A stretch of DNA of 64,000 nt from a virus: positions 1 through 64,000 of the IMG/VR virus record IMGVR_UViG_3300046513_000221. One strand, 5' to 3'. The notes under the pieces were generated by a model. That model did not search any database, had not been told where the DNA came from, and saw only the letters and a program-made list of their open reading frames with translations. Within the stretch, counting starts at the first letter, position 1. Every line of letters begins with the position of its first letter. Below, in pieces: positions 61,918 to 64,000 of the stretch. The translations under genes and the position numbers were made by a program.

Positions 61918-63705
61918 TTAGCGGTTGATGATGAAGTCGGCGAAGATCCGCTCGATCAGACCGTTGAAGGTCAGCTCAACCTGCACACGCACGATCTTTT
62001 GCTGCTTATCGTAGTCGGATGCGTAAACGGTCGCCTTGATGGTCGAGCAAGCACGGTTGCTCACCCACTTCTTCAGGTAACTGTTCAGGTTGTAGGACAT
62101 CGCCTCGTGGGTGATGTCATCGTTGAACTCGTCGCGGTATTCGTCGACGAGTTGCTCGACGTCACGCTTGATACGGAACAGCGCACGAACGTTGTTCAGG
62201 TTCGACAGGGCCGAGTTGACGGTCTGCGAGGTCAGCTGGGTACCGAGATTGACGCGTTTAGGGTCTTTCTCGATGTAGTTGATCTGCTTCTTGTACAGGG
62301 TCTCTTTCCATGCCTCGTTCGGGAAGAAGTTGATGGCTTCGTAGCCCGAGATCACGCCGCGACGTGGACCTGCGAAGGACCAGTGTACGCCGAACTTGTC
62401 GTCGTGCGGGGCGATCTTCTTCGCGAGGAAGTAAGGCGTGGTGACCTTGACGTTCTGGCCGGTGTACTCGTCGTAGACCACGAAGTCCTGTGCGAAGATC
62501 GCGGTGGCGAACGAGGACATACCGATCGAGTTGGTGCGGAAGTCCACGGTCTGCTGCTCATTGGCTTGGAAGCCGCAGTCCAGCAGTGCCACGCAGTCGC
62601 CACGGATGTCCGTAGCCATCTGCGACATGGCGTTCTTCACGGCGGCGCTGTTGTTGCCGTCCAGCATCAGGTCGAACAGGTATTGCTTCTTGTCGGTCGC
62701 GTTGGAGTCCAGCTGGCCGGTGTAGGCTTTGATCAGCAGGGAGTCTTCCGAGTTGCCACCGGTCCAGGTACCTTCCGAGCCGCCCGAGATGTGATTCACG
62801 GTCTTCAGGTCAGCGGCGGTGTCGTCGGTGACTTGGTTATCGGCCAGACCAGCGGTCAGCGGAGTCGCGAACTTGACAGCTTGGTGGATACCTTGTGCGA
62901 CGGACACGCCGTTACGCTCGGCACCGAAGAAGATGTCCAGATGCAGCGGGTTCACAGTATCCGTAGGATTGATGAACTCGCGGATGGTATCGATCAGATC
63001 CTTGCGGTCGAGGACGCGGAAGGTAGTCGAGTACTTGTTGACCACGTTGGCCCAGTACATGGATTCGCGGTTGCGGTCCTTGGCGGTAGGCTCGAACGAA
63101 ACGGTGTATGGACCATCGATGATGGTGTCCACGCCGACCGTGTTCTTCGCGGCGATCTCGAAGGTGTACGTACGGAAGTCGTAGGTACCGTCCAGCGAGT
63201 CCAGCAGCGAGATGCGGAAGCCCAGATCTTCGTAGGCTTTGCCGCGACCGACAGGCATCAGGACGCCCAGCGGGTAGGACACGAAGGTGGCATCGGTCAC
63301 CGGGTCAGCGCCCAGCAGGGTCTGCATCGCGGCGACGGAGGTCGCGCCCGGTACAGTCGTCAGCGTTGGCTTGACGATGTTGGTCAGGCCATCCTGACCG
63401 CAAGCGACGCTCAGCATCGCGTTGGCGTACAGGCCGTCTTCCGGCAGAATGCGGATGAAGTAGGCTTCGCCGCCAGCTTTCAGATGCTCGAACACGTTGT
63501 AGAGCGTCTGGCCGGTTTCCGACATATCGGGTTCACCGAAGTAGAACTTCGCCTCGCCGACGGAGGTCAGGCGCACCAGTTTGTTGTCTGGGCCTTTGGT
63601 TGCTTTACCGCATGCAAACAGGACGGTCGAGCCCTCAGCCGTCTGGAAGACGAAGGAGTTGTCGATGATCCTGGAATGCACTGAAGGGTGGAGATATTCA
63701 GGCAT
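61918..63705 (-). CDS. putative contractile tail sheath protein (595 aa)
   Basis: Size, AAGGAAAG RBS, highly biased codons, followed by a tube-sized gene. Sheath fold not verified. Confidence 0.65.
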   Translation of the reverse strand: MPEYLHPSVHSRIIDNSFVFQTAEGSTVLFACGKATKGPDNKLVRLTSVGEAKFYFGEPDMSETGQTLYNVFEHLKAGGEAYFIRILPEDGLYANAMLSVACGQDGLTNIVKPTLTTVPGATSVAAMQTLLGADPVTDATFVSYPLGVLMPVGRGKAYEDLGFRISLLDSLDGTYDFRTYTFEIAAKNTVGVDTIIDGPYTVSFEPTAKDRNRESMYWANVVNKYSTTFRVLDRKDLIDTIREFINPTDTVNPLHLDIFFGAERNGVSVAQGIHQAVKFATPLTAGLADNQVTDDTAADLKTVNHISGGSEGTWTGGNSEDSLLIKAYTGQLDSNATDKKQYLFDLMLDGNNSAAVKNAMSQMATDIRGDCVALLDCGFQANEQQTVDFRTNSIGMSSFATAIFAQDFVVYDEYTGQNVKVTTPYFLAKKIAPHDDKFGVHWSFAGPRRGVISGYEAINFFPNEAWKETLYKKQINYIEKDPKRVNLGTQLTSQTVNSALSNLNNVRALFRIKRDVEQLVDEYRDEFNDDITHEAMSYNLNSYLKKWVSNRACSTIKATVYASDYDKQQKIVRVQVELTFNGLIERIFADFIINR

Positions 63706-63879
63706 GTTTCTTTCCTTAGAGAAAGTGGTTATTGACTTCCAAAAGTCGGTGTTACGATAAACTTTGGAATGCGATCTAATCTACTGTTTGGCAGTAAGAC
63801 GTACTATTCGATTGCTTTTCAGACCCGCCGCGACAGCGAAGGCTCTGGTTCAAATACGCAATCGGGAATCCCCCGTAGA

Positions 63880-63987
63880 TCACGCGAATTTCGGATGATT
63901 CCTCAAGAACTCCTCCTGATGACGCAGTTTCGCCTCATTCTGCTGAATGGTGTGCTCGTAGCTCTTCCGAAGAGCGTATTGAGTCAT
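63880..63987 (-). CDS. possible micro-ORF (35 aa) at the window edge
   Basis: Minus-strand ATG at 63985-63987 encodes MTQYALRKSYEHTIQQNEAKLRHQEEFLRNHPKFA. No upstream context available. Confidence 0.15.
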   Translation of the reverse strand: MTQYALRKSYEHTIQQNEAKLRHQEEFLRNHPKFA

Positions 63988-64000
63988 AAGCAGTGAATCG

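Noticed and set aside
61999-63684. 561-aa plus-strand ORF opposite the sheath-like gene
   Set aside because: Antisense shadow; G/V/D/R-rich; no RBS.
1-64000. CRISPR arrays, integrase/transposase, tRNA/rRNA genes
   Set aside because: No regularly spaced direct repeats, no recombinase-like ORFs, no cloverleaf-foldable tRNA candidates. The window appears to be lytic-phage DNA only.

Overview
This 64 kb window looks like a densely packed, mostly collinear segment of a large, high-GC, virulent dsDNA phage (not a bacterial chromosome). I reached this from the sequence alone: roughly 85 tightly spaced or overlapping ORFs, almost no intergenic space, Shine-Dalgarno sites of the form AAGGAG or TTTGGGAGTAC before the starts, and many rho-independent terminator hairpins. 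I saw no integrase, transposase, tRNA, rRNA or CRISPR.

Layout:
- About 1-40.3 kb, minus strand: a long block of about 65 small or medium genes, mostly without recognisable function. This is typical of an early or host-takeover and nucleotide-metabolism region. Recognisable members are:
  - a Nudix hydrolase with a perfect Nudix box;
  - a ChaB-like protein;
  - an SPFH/flotillin-like membrane protein;
  - a T4 RNase H/FEN-like 5'-3' exonuclease;
  - a HAD-type 5'(3')-deoxyribonucleotidase-like phosphatase;
  - several membrane proteins;
  - two N-terminal fragments of a phage multisubunit RNA polymerase. The beta'-like fragment carries the catalytic DYDGD (NADFDGD-type) motif. The candidate beta-like fragment ends in a fork-loop-like motif.
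- 40.4-41.4 kb: two plus-strand membrane-protein genes.
- 41.5-47.5 kb: minus-strand genes again. The block ends with the N-terminal part of a family-B DNA polymerase (Exo I-III plus motif A).
- 47.8-60.9 kb, plus strand: a late/structural module with strongly biased, GC3-rich codon usage. It holds a GH108 lysozyme-like protein, a putative major capsid protein and a large putative portal. It also holds the C-terminal part of the same family-B DNA polymerase (motifs B and C) as a separate gene on the opposite strand.
- 61.1-63.7 kb, minus strand: putative tail-tube and tail-sheath genes.

The split beta/beta' RNA polymerase subunits, the split DNA polymerase and the gene density point to a phiKZ-like jumbo myovirus (Chimalliviridae-like). 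That is an inference from domain motifs, not a database hit.

Points worth a second look:
- a tandem array of four paralogous genes (6.8-10.2 kb);
- a 45-aa type IV prepilin-like micro-gene with its own terminator (13.4-13.6 kb);
- two ORF-free 0.7-1 kb islands in an otherwise tightly packed genome;
- a recurring AT-rich ATATATTAT promoter-like motif in intergenic spacers;
- a family of related CTAGACC terminator hairpins;
- a second paralogue pair sharing an ASKRGWK motif;
- two adjacent proteins sharing a GNNKK...SKxRNR basic C-terminal tail;
- a Nudix / DUF4326-like / NADAR-like neighbourhood around the RNA polymerase beta gene.
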